Assembly: GCF_038025025.1 (NCBI RefSeq)
Contig: NW_027117343.1
Span: 1,426,001 to 1,490,000 of the forward strand
From: Phyllosticta citribraziliensis
Lineage: Eukaryota
Direction: 5' to 3'
Length of the DNA: 64,000 nucleotides
Position 1 is the stretch's first letter; each line of letters opens with the position of its first letter. The position numbers and the translations under genes were made by a program. Below the pieces are notes generated by a model. The model saw only the letters and a program-made list of their open reading frames with translations. It was not told where the DNA came from and ran no database searches. This document shows, in pieces, positions 50,605 through 62,698 of this stretch.

Positions 50605-50963
50605 TACGAATGCTCCTCACACACCCGCCCGTTGTGAGAACCGCCGTCTCGTTGGTGCCGGGGGAAGTCTGATTCGTGCACATCGAAAGACCATGCTGTT
50701 GGGCAGCATCTCGGGACGCAGATCTACCAAAGCGAAGCGTGCGTGGATGGGGAGCAGCATCTCGAATGTTGGACACCTGGCCACGTCGACGGATGACCAG
50801 CACAAGAAGACAGACAGAGCTTAACGACCGCCTCCCTCTCCATTGACATCATCAGATTAGGTACATGTACCTACCACAGCGCCACGAGCAAGCAGCATAC
50901 ATACATACCAACCCCCTCAACATCTCCTCGCGCCATCAGCATCACGCAGCGTCAACACCGCCA

Positions 50964-52440
50964 TCACGACTTCCGCACACCGACCAAGCCCCTCTCAGCC
51001 TCCGGCGACGCCCGCCACGCCCGCGCACTCGCGCCGCCGTGGCTCTCCTGGTTCACGCCAGCCGGGAAGGGGCTGCCGGACGAGTCGCCGCGGTCGACCT
51101 GATGGCGAGCCACGGTGCCGGAGCTGGTGGCCGACGTGACGGAGCCGGGCGGAGCGCCGCCGATGCCGCCTTCGAACGACGCCTGGCGGCGGAGCGGAGG
51201 CGAGTCTTTCTCGAGCAGCGGGTCTGGGTCGGAGTGCGAGCGGCCGACGAGGTTGGATTCGCCCGGGGCGGCGTACGGGCCGTCGTAGCGGGCGGCGGCG
51301 GACGCTGGGCGGCTCCGGTTAGCAGTGCTCGAGCGGAGAGTGGCATACGAGGACCGCGGGCGTGGAAGGGGGTTGGGGAGGGTGCCAAAGATGGGGGGGT
51401 TGGTGGAGTGCAGGACGAAAGGGAGAGGTTTATTGGTACCGGGGTTGCGGGCGCCAGTTTCCTCGTCAGGGTAAAAGACTTGGGCTTCGTGGTCGTCGTC
51501 GGCGCCTGGGTTGGCCGTTTCGTACTCGAGGATCTTGATGGTGCGGTAGAGCAGCACGGCAAGCAGGGCTCCCAGGGCCGGGCCGACCCAGTAGATCCAG
51601 TGGTAGCCGTTGAACGTGTGCAGGATGACGTCGGGGCCGAAGGAGCGCGCGGGGTTGAGCGAGCCGCCAGTGAAGTAGACGCCTATGTGGTCGGTTAGCT
51701 GCGTCAGATAGTGCTGGTTCGATGCACCCACCAGCGAGCTCGGCAATGAAAAGCGACAGGCCAATGCCGACAGGGGCCAGGAAAGTTCCCTTGTGCTTTT
51801 CTGCTGCGAGCATGAAGATGGTAAAGATCAACTGCAGGGTCAAAAACATTTCGATAAAGAGGCCGCGGACGATGGACGTGCCCCCACCCAGCGTGGTGCG
51901 GACGGCAAGGTCACCAGGGAAGAGGGCAGAAACCACGCCAGCTGACGCTATTGCACCGGCAATCTGCGCGAGGACGACAAGGAAGCCCCTCAGCCAGCCC
52001 ACGGCGCCGATCAGACAGAGCCCCAACGTCACCTGCGAGAATTAGCTGGGCAAGACGATGCAAGGCCGCAAAGCACTTGCTGCTGGGTTGAAGAGGCCGC
52101 CCGAGATGCGGAAAAAGACCCAGACGTTGACGGCGAGCGAGAAACCAAAGGCCAGACTGATGTACAGCAAGACGGGCGTGTTTGGAGCGTCAGCGACGGC
52201 CGTGTCCGCAACCTCGGCCGCCGCCGCAGCGCCGGCATTGGCAACTTGAGTGGCTGCAAAGGCGAAGAAGAGGAACAGAAAGGTGCCAGTGAACTCGCCA
52301 ATCATGGCAATGAAGTGGTTCTTGATGGTCGTGGGCAGCCAGCTGAAGCCTCGCAAGGGGCGCGGAGGAGGGACTTCGCTAGTCTTGACTCTCATGCCGG
52401 GCAGGACGATCGGGGTGACGGCTGGAGGGTTGGTATACAT
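50964..52440 (-). CDS. Aquaporin (MIP family) with long C-terminal tail
   Basis: GEFTGTFLFLF, ISGGLFNPA|VTLG, FTGGSLNPARSFGP, HWIYWVGP; two NPA boxes; GC-AG intron 52033-52080. Confidence 0.95.
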
Positions 52441-53249
52441 TTTGGCGAGTTCTGAGGCTGTTTTCGATTAGGTGGTGATGCGGCCCAGGGTACGGCTGTT
52501 GAAGCGTAATGAAGCCGTTTTAGGAACAGGAATAGTGAGATGCACAGGGCTGAAAGAGCGTAGGATGAGATGATGGAGATCGCAGGAATAGAGGTTGGTG
52601 GGATGAAGAGTCGAGGCATGGCGAGCAGAGATGGGAGAGCATGTTGACGGCCGGGGGAGCGTGGTGTAGCAGAAGTTGCGAATGACGTGAACGAGAGAGA
52701 GCAGGTGGCTCCGACGTGACGGAGTCGTGGTCGCATCGCGTCGCGGCAGTTGTCAACGACTACATCGAGGCAGAGAATGTAGATGTCGGGTGGCCGGGTG
52801 CTGGCGTGGAGATTTGGTGTCGTCGTCGAAACAGTCATGTGCCGCCATCCCGGCGCCGTTTGATTCGCTGGCGGGCCGGTTGCAGTGGCCAACTGAACTG
52901 CAGCAACCCTCTAACATCATCTCTCATCACCCTCCGCACTGCATCGCCAAGTCGAGTCGCGTCCGGTCCATTCTGTCTATACTCCTCATACATATTGCTC
53001 CTGCTGCTCACTCTTGCCTCTCGTCGCTTCCTCCTCCTGCAACCCGCCGCCTGGCCCGCTCTCACTCTGCGTCCCTCCGCGTCCTCGCTCGCCGCTTACA
53101 CTCGGGCCTCTCTCCACACCCGCACCACCACCTCCAGCCGCCGTGCTCCCCAGATGTTTACGCCATATTAGTCTGTCCGTCCCCAAAACAACAGCCAGAA
53201 ACCTCTGCTTCCATCCCACGCGGCGGGCAGCGTCGCCACCCTCGCGACC

Positions 53250-56200
53250 ATGCGTCCGCTCCGCCTCCTGCTGTCGCTGCTCTCCTGCGTCCTCGCCATC
53301 ACGCTGCTCCTCTACATCACCGTCCCCACCCACAGCGCAGACGCCTCCACCAACCCCAACGAGTCTGCAAAACAAAAGGGCAGGCTGCGAGCCCTCTTCT
53401 CCTTCTCTGCTCCCTCGCTTTTCCCTCCGTCGGCCATCATCAGCTTGACCGACGACAACTCGACCTTCTTCCTTGCTCGACCTGCGGCATTCGGCCCGGG
53501 CCTGCCATCCAAGGGTCTGAGTGGCCAGCTGTGGACCGGCAGCGGCTTCGGAGGCGACAGCCTCAGTCACGGCGGTCTCACAACCGGCGCCGAGGGCGAG
53601 CTGGGCTGCAGCGACGTGCCTGGCTGGGAGGACAGGCGGCGCGCCGGCAAGACCCCGGACCTCGACCAGTCCATCAAAAAGGCCGCCAAACCGGGCGAGG
53701 ATGCGAAAAAGCAAAACAAGAGAGCGGCCGATGGTGGTGTCTCGGATTCCAAGACGGACCCGTCGCTGCAAGATGGTACCGACAACCACTTGCAAGACCC
53801 TTCCGACTATTCGTGGGCCAGCACCAGATCGCGCAGCTCCCTCGACCTCGGCAAAGTGAGCGAACACGCAGACATACAGTCGCTGCAGGAGAGCGCCGAG
53901 ATTGCTGGCAAGGTCGTCCTGCTCAGTCGCGGCGGCTGTGGCTTCTTGGAAAAGGTCAAATGGGCTCAGCGAAGAGGTGGCGTGGCCGTCATCGTCGGCG
54001 ATGACATCCGCGGAGGCCCTCTCGTGACCATGTACGCGCGCGGCGATACTTCCAACATCACCATTCCAGCACTGTTTACCTCGCATACGACAGCACATTT
54101 ACTATCTTCGCTTGTGCCGTCGGGAGGACAGCCAGACGACTCGCCCCTCGACGAGTCCATCAAGCTGGGCCACAAGACGAGCAAGGAGCAAAAGGGCGGC
54201 GACAAGTCCCACGTGGCAGGTCCGACCTTTACGCAGGGCGTTACAGGGTCCCGGCCGACGTCTGCGGCAAATTCGGCCAAGACTTCGAACCGCGCGTCGC
54301 GCGAGGAAGTGCACGCCGACGAGGCTCGACCTAGCTGGATTCGCTCTCTCTTTACATTATTCTCTTCCAGTCGGAACAAGGAAATTAGCAAGAGCGATAG
54401 CCGACGCCCTCCAAGCAGTGGAAATATTGATTGGATTCTCGTGGAGGACTGGGACGAAGAAGAGCCAAGAAAGACCAAACCAAATACCAAAACCCCCAAA
54501 GCCACTGCGACGCCAAACAGAACCAAGCCAACGGCAACCAAGGCTGCTTCGAGGCCGGCTGACAACTTCGTCATTGGCGTGCAGGACTGGAGAGACCCGG
54601 ATCTCTTGCCGCAGCAGACGGACCTCGCCAAGAACCCAAAAGACATTTCATCCAAGCAAAAGCCTGGAGAGTCGAAACCGAAAGGCGGGAGCACTTTGCC
54701 CGGGAGCGGCGAATACTCTGGCAAAAACAACAACGGCAAGGAGAGCAACTGGTTCAACAAGCTTCCTTGGGGCAAGCAACCAGGAGCCTCTCCATCGAAG
54801 CCATCAGCTTCGGTGACGCAAAAGCCAAGCCCAACCTCTGTGCGACCGGCATTGAAGCAATCACAATACGCTGTCCAGAGTCATGCGCCTGGGCTAGGGA
54901 AAGACGGTCCTCACGAAGGGCTGTGGGTTACGCTTACCCCCACAAGCATGTCCAACTCTCCATTTTTCGACACACTTGTGGTTCTCGTCGTAAGCCCGCT
55001 GGTTACATTGACAGTTGTCTACGCACTGCTCCTCCTGAGGTCGCGCATCAGACGACGCAGGTGGCGCGCACCCAAGAGCGTAGTCGAACGGCTGCCCGTT
55101 CGCACGTACCACACTCTTGACGATGACAGCACCGCCTCCAACAGCCCTGTCGCAACACCAGCAGCAGGCAGCCCTCGCACGCCTCTGCTGCAGCAAGCAA
55201 CCAGCTCGGGCTCCTCTCGCAGCCGCCCGCGAAGTCGCACAGCAGGAGATGTCCCCACGGCACGCAGCCGCTCTCGAAGCGCTGACGCCGAAAAAGACAC
55301 GAGTGGTCTGGCAGCGTGGCGGCGCAAGTACGGTGGACGTCAAAAAGAGTGCGTCGTGTGCTTGGAGGAGTACGTGGATGGCGTCAGTCGCGTCATGAGT
55401 CTGCCTTGCGGCCACGAGTTCCATGTCGACTGCATGTAAGCTGTCCTAACCCCTGAATAAACCGCAAACGCTAACAACCCTGACAGAACACCATGGCTAA
55501 CCACCCGCCGCCGCACCTGTCCCATCTGCAAAGGCGACGTGGTCCGCAGTCTCGCGTCGTCCCCGTCGTCCTCTCGCCGCCACCACCGTCCCTCGCGGCA
55601 CCCCCACTCCTCCACCGCAACCGCCATCCCTACCTCGGCGCCATCCTACACCCCTGGCCCAACCTCCCCCTTCTACCTTTCCACTGCCGGCGCCTCGGCC
55701 CCTGCGGCCACTTCTACCGGCCCTGCCCGCCGCCCTACGTCCACCATGTCTTCCAGCCCCGACGCCGCCCTCTACGAAACGGCCACGTCGTCGCTCCCCT
55801 CGCAGTCTGCCATTGCCTCGGCCCGCAACGACTCGCCCTCGGCCGCGCGCCCGCTCAGCATGCGCTCCGACGACGCCCCCGACGACCCCTTCATCGACGA
55901 CGTGTACCGCCGCGGCCGTCGGCGTGGCGGCGGCGGCGGGGCCAGCAGTGCTGACGCCGACGACCTGGACTTGGATCTCGAGCGCGGCAGCACGGCCGAG
56001 CGGCAGGGCCTGATGCACGACATGGACGACGATGACGACGACGAAGATGACGACGGTGATGATGGCGGCGTCGTGGCGTGGGCGCGCGACGGATGGAGCG
56101 AGGTCAGGAGCTGGGCTGGTGGGTTTTTGAGCGGGGGCACGGCTGCGACGGGCCGGGGGAGGGGCAGGGGACGAGGAGGGGAGGGCGTGGGTGTGGGGGG

Positions 56201-56267
56201 CGAGCCGCGCAGGGAGAGGGGCAGGGCGTATGATAGTGATGGCGAGTATATAGACCGCGACCGCTAG
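53250..56267 (+). CDS. PA-domain, transmembrane RING-H2 E3 ubiquitin ligase
   Basis: [77 protein letters not shown]; intron 55436-55486. Confidence 0.93.
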
Positions 56268-56557
56268 CTAGGGTTTTGTGTGTTTGTTTGTTTGTTTGCT
56301 TGCTTGGTGTTAGCGTCATGATGGATGGATGGAAGCGAAGAGCGGCGGCGACGACGGACGGATGGACGGATGGATGGATACAGGAGGGGAGGAGGAGAGA
56401 AAGGAAGGAAGCAGAAACTCAACGCAACGCAACGAATTCTAGTGAGCTCACATACACACACTCTCTCTCTGTGGGCTTGAACTGTGTTGAGGTGAGTTGA
56501 GGTGAGTTGCGTCGTCGTTTGTGTCTTTGGTCGGAACGAGCGAAATGTATGTTTGAG

Positions 56558-56587
56558 CCCCCCCCCCCCCCCCCCCCCCCCCCCCCC
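56558..56587. repeat. C30 homopolymer in a microsatellite-rich convergent 3'UTR region
   Basis: 30 consecutive C bases. Confidence 0.9.
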
Positions 56588-56941
56588 TATCCGTATCTGA
56601 AAGCCAATTCGATCGATTGATAGAGTGAGGTGGTTGTGTGCTTGCTTGCTTGTCGAGTAGCTAGCCATGAATGAATGGATTACGACTTGGATTGAAGTGG
56701 TCTGTCCTTTCCCTTCTCCACATTTCGTTTTCTTTCTTCTTTCGCGTGGTTTGGGGGGGGCAGTTTGAGCGTGAGGAGCGTTCGTTAATTTGCATTGACG
56801 ACCTACATGCATACATACATGCCCCGACCCTCTTCCTCTCCTCTCCTCTCCTCTCCTCATCTCATCTCATCCCATCTCACCATACCACCTTACCCGGCCA
56901 CTTCTTTCCTTCCCGTCGTCACCCCCACTGCACGCCCCGCT

Positions 56942-58132
56942 CTAGTAACTGTACCTCCTCCTCTTTGGTGCGGGGGGAGCGTCGTCGTCGTCGTCGGGTT
57001 TGCCCGCGGGGCGACTGGCTGCGAGCCCCGGTCGGGGCTGTGGGTGCGGTTCAAAATGTCCTGTGTTGGCTTGGAGCTGTCCCTCGTCGGTTGTGATGGA
57101 TGTGTTGACCTCGAGCTTTACTCCGTTGGCTGTGGTGAATGCGGCGGTGGCGGCGGTGGTGGTGCCGGGGGTTTGTCCTCCTTCAGCCGCGGTTGAGGGG
57201 CAAGCACTGGCCTGGAGCTGCCCTCCTCTGACCGTGGTGGATGTGTTGGGGTGAGGCAATCCTTCTGTGCTTGTGGTGGCCGCATTGCTTCTCGAGGGGC
57301 AAGTGTTGGCCTGGGGCTGTCCCTCTTCGACCACAGTGGGTGCGTTGTCCTGGAGCTGGCCTCCATTGGTTGTGGTGGATGTGGCGGCGGCGGCGGTGGT
57401 GGTGCTGGGGGAAGGCTGCCCTTCTTTGCTTGTGGTGGCTACATTGCTTCTTGAGGAGCCAGCATTGGTCTGGGGTTGTCGTCCTTGGGCCTTGATTGAT
57501 GTGCTGACCGGGGGCTGTCCTCCTTTGGCCATGGCAGACGAAAGCTCCGAAGACTTCGCCGCGCCGTCCGCAGTCGAAGAAGCCGATGGGGCAGGTCTAG
57601 GGGCAAGCCCACTCAGTTGTTCCCGCTGGATGGCCATGAGGGTTCGGATTGGCTCCCACAGTCGGCGTCTTTCGACCATGACCGCCTGCCACGCACTCGA
57701 TGCGACTGGATCACGCGGCTTGCCCCAGCCGATGGCTGGCCGGGGGAGGACTATGCCGTACCGCAAGGCGACTCTGTCCATGTGCATCATTGCATGCCCT
57801 AGGATAAAATATTTGTGAGTGCTCGATTCGTGGATAAAACGTCGAGGATACGTAAAGTACTTACTAAATCGCTCTGGTGTGTATTTGGGGACTTGCTGCG
57901 GGTTGTCTGCCGCGTTTGTTGCGGCGAAAGATTCTGCGAGACAGAGTAAGAGCTTGGTTTCTCGGGGGCTCGATACACTCTCACCTTGAGGTTGGCCAGG
58001 CCTCGTGGAGTTGGGGTCTCGAATCATGTCAGTCAAGCTCAAGAGAGGGCGACGCGATGCGATGTGATTGGGAAACTCACTGGCTGAGGAAGACATGTCG
58101 TCAGCTTTTTGAGATGGAGACTGAGGCGCCAT
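56942..58132 (-). CDS. Hypothetical protein (about 396 aa) with degenerate EGQ(P/L)Q..T/A-rich repeats
   Basis: Long ORF; ATG directly follows a 5'UTR intron acceptor (GTACGG..CTTAC..CACAG|ATG); C-terminal PKRRRY is NLS-like. Confidence 0.6.
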   Translation of the reverse strand: MAPQSPSQKADDMSSSASEFPNHIASRRPLLSLTDMIRDPNSTRPGQPQGESVSSPRETKLLLCLAESFAATNAADNPQQVPKYTPERFSKYFTYPRRFIHESSTHKYFILGHAMMHMDRVALRYGIVLPRPAIGWGKPRDPVASSAWQAVMVERRRLWEPIRTLMAIQREQLSGLAPRPAPSASSTADGAAKSSELSSAMAKGGQPPVSTSIKAQGRQPQTNAGSSRSNVATTSKEGQPSPSTTTAAAATSTTTNGGQLQDNAPTVVEEGQPQANTCPSRSNAATTSTEGLPHPNTSTTVRGGQLQASACPSTAAEGGQTPGTTTAATAAFTTANGVKLEVNTSITTDEGQLQANTGHFEPHPQPRPGLAASRPAGKPDDDDDAPPAPKRRRYSY

Positions 58133-58475
58133 CTGTGGTTGAGTAAGTACGCGTTTGCGTGAATCGATTTGTGGTGCCCGTACCTTGAAGGTTATTGTGT
58201 GGTGTTGGAGTTGGTCGAACGGCGACGCTCTTTTTTGCCTCGACGACGCTCCTTCCTGCCTCGACCGGCGCAGCGTCCGGCGCACAAAACAATTCTTTTG
58301 ACTGCGACGCTTCAAAATTTTACATCCACCTCCCACATCGTCTCTCCACTCGTGCGACCTTTCTCATCTCCGTTGATCGCGCGAGCCCTCGTCTGCTCGC
58401 CCATCGCTTGCTCGGCCGCGTCCAAGGAGGCTTCGACTGCTTGCTCACCCGCATCCGGCATACCTAGTCACCGAC

Positions 58476-59075
58476 ATGTGTCAAGACAGCAAGACGGACT
58501 CGGCCAACCCGGTCGAGTACTTCTACGCCACGCCGGACCGCTACCTGCCAGACCCCACGGTGTTGATCCGCAGGCTTGACCCTCACCAGATGGCCTGCCT
58601 CTTCATGGGTGGAGTCTTCAGCGACAAGATTCTCAAGGATGACTCGCTTGACACCTACATTCGCATGCGCACCGGCTATCTCGACTGTCCGTTTGGAACG
58701 CTCGGCACGTTCTGCACGCACGTGTTCCTCTACCGCCTGTGGATCGAGCGTCTCAAGGTCATGAATCCCCTCCACTACTACTGGCTGAGTCAGACTGGCT
58801 GCATCGTTCCACATCTTTGTCCTTCCCCCGGCTCGGAGCTTGCCAAGTGGGTTGCTGCCAGCGTCGCTCCTTACCATCTTCCTCATTCCTTCTACGTGGA
58901 CAACAAGATCGATCCCAAGACCGCCTACCAGCCTCTCGTTCCAGCTCATGCCGAGGACTCGCGTTTCTGGCTCTTTCTCAGTGGTGAGCTCCTCGATGAG
59001 CTGCTGGGAAGCTGCAGCGATGACGACCTGGAGTCCAAGGATTCGGAGACTGAAGTCATGTCTGGAAGCGAGTGA
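58476..59075 (+). CDS. Hypothetical protein (199 aa), globular-looking with acidic tail
   Basis: Intronless ATG ORF with C-ending codon bias typical of genes in this window; divergent from the previous gene. Confidence 0.6.
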   Translation: MCQDSKTDSANPVEYFYATPDRYLPDPTVLIRRLDPHQMACLFMGGVFSDKILKDDSLDTYIRMRTGYLDCPFGTLGTFCTHVFLYRLWIERLKVMNPLHYYWLSQTGCIVPHLCPSPGSELAKWVAASVAPYHLPHSFYVDNKIDPKTAYQPLVPAHAEDSRFWLFLSGELLDELLGSCSDDDLESKDSETEVMSGSE

Positions 59076-59310
59076 TCCGATCCGATCCGTTTCATCCGAT
59101 GCTGTACGTCCTAGCCTTTCCATGAGCTTTTGATTTCGCATCGACTGACTGGACGTTCAGCGCATCGTCCTGCCTCTCTTAGTGGCGTCTTTGCGCCTTC
59201 ACGCACCTTGCTGAACACCAGACAAAAGAATTCGACAGCTCCTGTACTGCACTCTGCCTTTCGGGGAGTTGACGGATTTTCAATGCAATGGATCGAGGAA
59301 TGCATCCACA

Positions 59311-59774
59311 ATGGTACGTGATCAAATCTCCCTGGACTGTGATCCTCGCAGGACAGCTAACAGAATATCCAGTCTCTTCGAAACAGGCCCCTTGCTCAAG
59401 ATAAGATACTGCCGGCGTGCGTGTCGTCCAAATCTCGAAAAACAAAAAAATGGTTTGCGGAATTGTACGAGAAAGCATGGGATACGGATTCTGATCGAAA
59501 ACACTACGAGGCAGACACTGATTTTGCTTTGAGATACCCAGGCCTAGGCAAGGTCATTGCAAAATCAAGCCAAAGTGTGGTGGCATCAACGGTAGAGAAA
59601 CAAGACAGTCAGTCAATGGAAACTCTGCCCCAATCTTTCGCCCAGTTTGAATGTTTCTGCCGCTTGTTGCTTGTTGCTTGTTGCTTGTTGCTGGTAGCAA
59701 TTACGAATGCTACGTGGAAGAAGACCAATGCAGCAACGTATATTAGCCAGCGTCCTGCTTCCCTTGCGGCTTGA
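59311..59774 (+). CDS. Possible small two-exon gene (ATG then intron)
   Basis: Canonical intron 59314-59372 (GTACGT..GCTAAC..CAG) joins ATG in frame to SLRNRPLAQ..KKWFAELYEKAWD. Confidence 0.3.
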
Positions 59775-60233
59775 ATCTGCCTGTCGTCATGAATGGCAGC
59801 TCCATGGGCGGAACTGTAGCAGTGATGAATGCTCCCTGGAGCCGCTGTGATGCAGACTTGGAAAAATGGTATGGAGAATGGTCTGCTCCCTAACACTCCC
59901 TGCAATTAACACTTTCAAGTGTTAATATGGTCTTGTGATAGGTCTGTGCGCTGAAGCGGCCACGGTATTGCGCCTGCGCCTGCGCCTGCGCCTTCGCTGA
60001 TGCACTGCTATTTAACTGTTGTTATGATTCTTTTCTCTCAGCGTCTGCTTTTCTCTACACACTCTCGGCGTCTGCTTCTCCACTTTCATCCTCAGCGTCA
60101 GCTTCAAGGTCACTCGGCAAACATAGCACACTTTTCTCTGGACCAGATCACGGAGATATACTCTTCGTCAAGGTAAGTCAGTCCGATGGTGTTTCTGTCT
60201 CGAATACTTCAAGCTCATCACACACAGATCATC

Positions 60234-61562
60234 ATGGCTTTCCCAGACAGGAATCCTCACCACTCAACGCCGACGTACAACCAGCTGTATCAGCAGTATC
60301 ACATCAACACCACCCAGTATAATCCTGGCGTTCGATTTCCGGCAGCCCCGTACCATCAACCTGTCCACCACACCACGAACACTGTCCAGCCGATGCCGGC
60401 AGTGCAGCAGCATTATATAAACACCGCCCGATATAATCCTTACATCCAGGCTCCGGCGAATCCCAACCCTCAACCTCTCCAGCAGGCCGCGAACCCTCAC
60501 CTCACAATCCACGTCGACCAACCCATTCCCGCCGCGAATTTCAACCAACCGCCCAATGTGGTGCGCATCTGCGACTTGAAGCCTCGCCAAAAGATCTACC
60601 GCGCCAAAACCCTGCTGTGCGGCTACTTGGGACTCTCCCACACCCGCGAGCTCCAATCCATCCTCCGCGCCCACGAGGGTTTCTTCCGCCAATTCCAGGA
60701 CGCGGAAAACCGCAAGTGGTTTCCAGCAGGCGACATCCGCGCGGCAGGCTCGGTAGCGCGCTGGGTTGAAAACCGCCTCTTCTCAATGTTCTTCGTCGTC
60801 CACGGCAGCGGCAGTTGGCGCCACAGATTCGCCCGCATCCGCCAGCGCGTTGGCTTCTTCCGCCAGCCTTGCCTCCAGGACTTGAGGGTGGAGAACAATA
60901 TGATGCTGTTCCATGAGTATGACATGCATTATGTTGGTCAAGCGATGGGGGTTGTGCAGTTGATGGCTCGTTTGCCGCACTTGTTCCGGAACAGCACCAA
61001 TATCGCGGCGAATGCGACGGGTGAGCCGGTCTTTGACGCTGAGGACGTTTATCGTGCGTTTTGCTTGCTGCGGTTTGCGCGGATTCAGAACTTTCGGCCG
61101 ATGAACGATCAGCTTGCCACGCCAGTTCATTACGCACACCCGCAGGCGCAGCCTCAGTCGTGGGATGATGCTGCGAGCGTCAGCGACGAAAACGACGACA
61201 TGGATGTGGATGGCGAGCAATACGGCACATCGGGAGAGCAAAGACCCATGGAGGCTCCGCCATCCTCTCCGCTCACGGTCATGGGCTCTGACGACGGCGA
61301 TCAAGACATGGACGCAGGAGCCACCATGGAGGAAGAATTCGTGTCGCGTGCGGAGTATGAGAGGCTGCAGCGCTCCCACGAGGCCTTGCAGGAGCGGAAC
61401 GGCCTGTTGAAACGCTTGAATCAGGCCTTGGAAACGCACAACGAGTTGTTGCATGACAAGGTCGACAGACTCGAGGCGGCTGCGCGGGAAGCTGCAGAAA
61501 GGGAGGAAACCATGGTGGCGGCGCGGACGATGGTGGCTTTGAAGGAAGGGAGGAGGGGATGA
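60234..61562 (+). CDS. Hypothetical protein (about 442 aa): Q/N/H/P/Y-rich N-terminus, central globular region, C-terminal coiled coil
   Basis: Long ORF after 5'UTR intron 60173-60227 (GTAAGT..CAG); heptad pattern YERLQRSHEALQERNGLLKRLNQALETHNELL. Confidence 0.7.
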   Translation: MAFPDRNPHHSTPTYNQLYQQYHINTTQYNPGVRFPAAPYHQPVHHTTNTVQPMPAVQQHYINTARYNPYIQAPANPNPQPLQQAANPHLTIHVDQPIPAANFNQPPNVVRICDLKPRQKIYRAKTLLCGYLGLSHTRELQSILRAHEGFFRQFQDAENRKWFPAGDIRAAGSVARWVENRLFSMFFVVHGSGSWRHRFARIRQRVGFFRQPCLQDLRVENNMMLFHEYDMHYVGQAMGVVQLMARLPHLFRNSTNIAANATGEPVFDAEDVYRAFCLLRFARIQNFRPMNDQLATPVHYAHPQAQPQSWDDAASVSDENDDMDVDGEQYGTSGEQRPMEAPPSSPLTVMGSDDGDQDMDAGATMEEEFVSRAEYERLQRSHEALQERNGLLKRLNQALETHNELLHDKVDRLEAAAREAAEREETMVAARTMVALKEGRRG

Positions 61563-62698
61563 CAATGTATGTAGTGGAAGATAGTGTTTGATTATTGCGG
61601 GCTAGGAGGTTGTAAATAAGAGGTGTTCATGGCAAAGAGTATTCGTGTATGTAAAAGGACCGTCCAAGAAGAAGTGTTCAAGAACAAGAAGTACCCATGA
61701 ATGAGGAGAGTTGTGTGGCCAGAATGTGCTGTACTTACGGTCAGTGAAGTACATCTCTGAAAAAAGTGGGTGAATAAGTTTCCATCTTGTAGAAGGCCAC
61801 TGGACAGGTCTCCTCCCTCTTGATCATTAACTTCCATCCTCCAATTCCAATTCTTTGCTTATATGAATGTAGTGGTGCGCGCTATCTTCGCTCGACAACT
61901 TAGCGAAGCCTCCGATTAGCCGACCCAGCTGGCACTGTGTGTGCGTGTCAATATCTCTTCTTTCTGGCTCTATGCGTCACAAGTCTCTCTCCTTGTTCGA
62001 ATTCTCTGCTCTTACTTCAAGCTCTTCTTCAACAGGATTTGCGGCCCACGATTTCAAGAGCTCGGCATCATTGAGCAATTCAACGCCACTCCATTGCGCA
62101 GTGATGGTGGCGCCTTTGGGACAGCTGCCAAGGGGACGACGAGAAAGCTTCTGCAAAAGACAAAAGCAGCCGCAATCGATCGAGAGATGTCTTCTAGAAC
62201 GGACCAAATTTATCTCTTATGCGTTTGACGCTTCTTTGTTGCAAAGCTCCGCCGGAAGAGTCGGCTACATGATGTGTGTCAAAACAAGGTGCGCCTCGTC
62301 GGGAGCATTCATGCGTCTTCGCTCCTCTAAGATAGTAAGAGTAGTCTTAATACTGGTACGAGGTAATATCCGAGAGCAGAGTGTAGCCAGGATCAGTCAA
62401 CAACGATAAATGTCTGGGTCAGGGGCAATGCGCAACTTTTTCTTCTGTTTGCCAAACAAGAAACCGCTGCTGACTTGCCGATTCCAGGTCTCAGAAGGAT
62501 GCACACAAGCCAAAAATACTTGTCTCTTTTCATCGCTATGCCTTGGCTCTCCACATTCTCTCACCATTAGCAAGTGACGCCCCAAGGGCACCCACCGAGT
62601 TCCCCCACGCCCCTTGGACTCCCGCCTCATCCTAGTCATAAACCTACTTGCCGGAATCGTTTCCAACAAGTTCCTACAACGAACCAACACCACGAATC

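Noticed and set aside
52727..54775. Long overlapping ORFs (425 aa plus; 370 and 269 aa minus)
   Set aside because: Shadow frames of the GC-rich PA-RING gene; similar shadows occur over most genes in the window.
61939..62409. Possible pseudogene or transposon relic upstream of the tRNA
   Set aside because: No transposase or RT motifs and no terminal repeats; frames are fragmentary.
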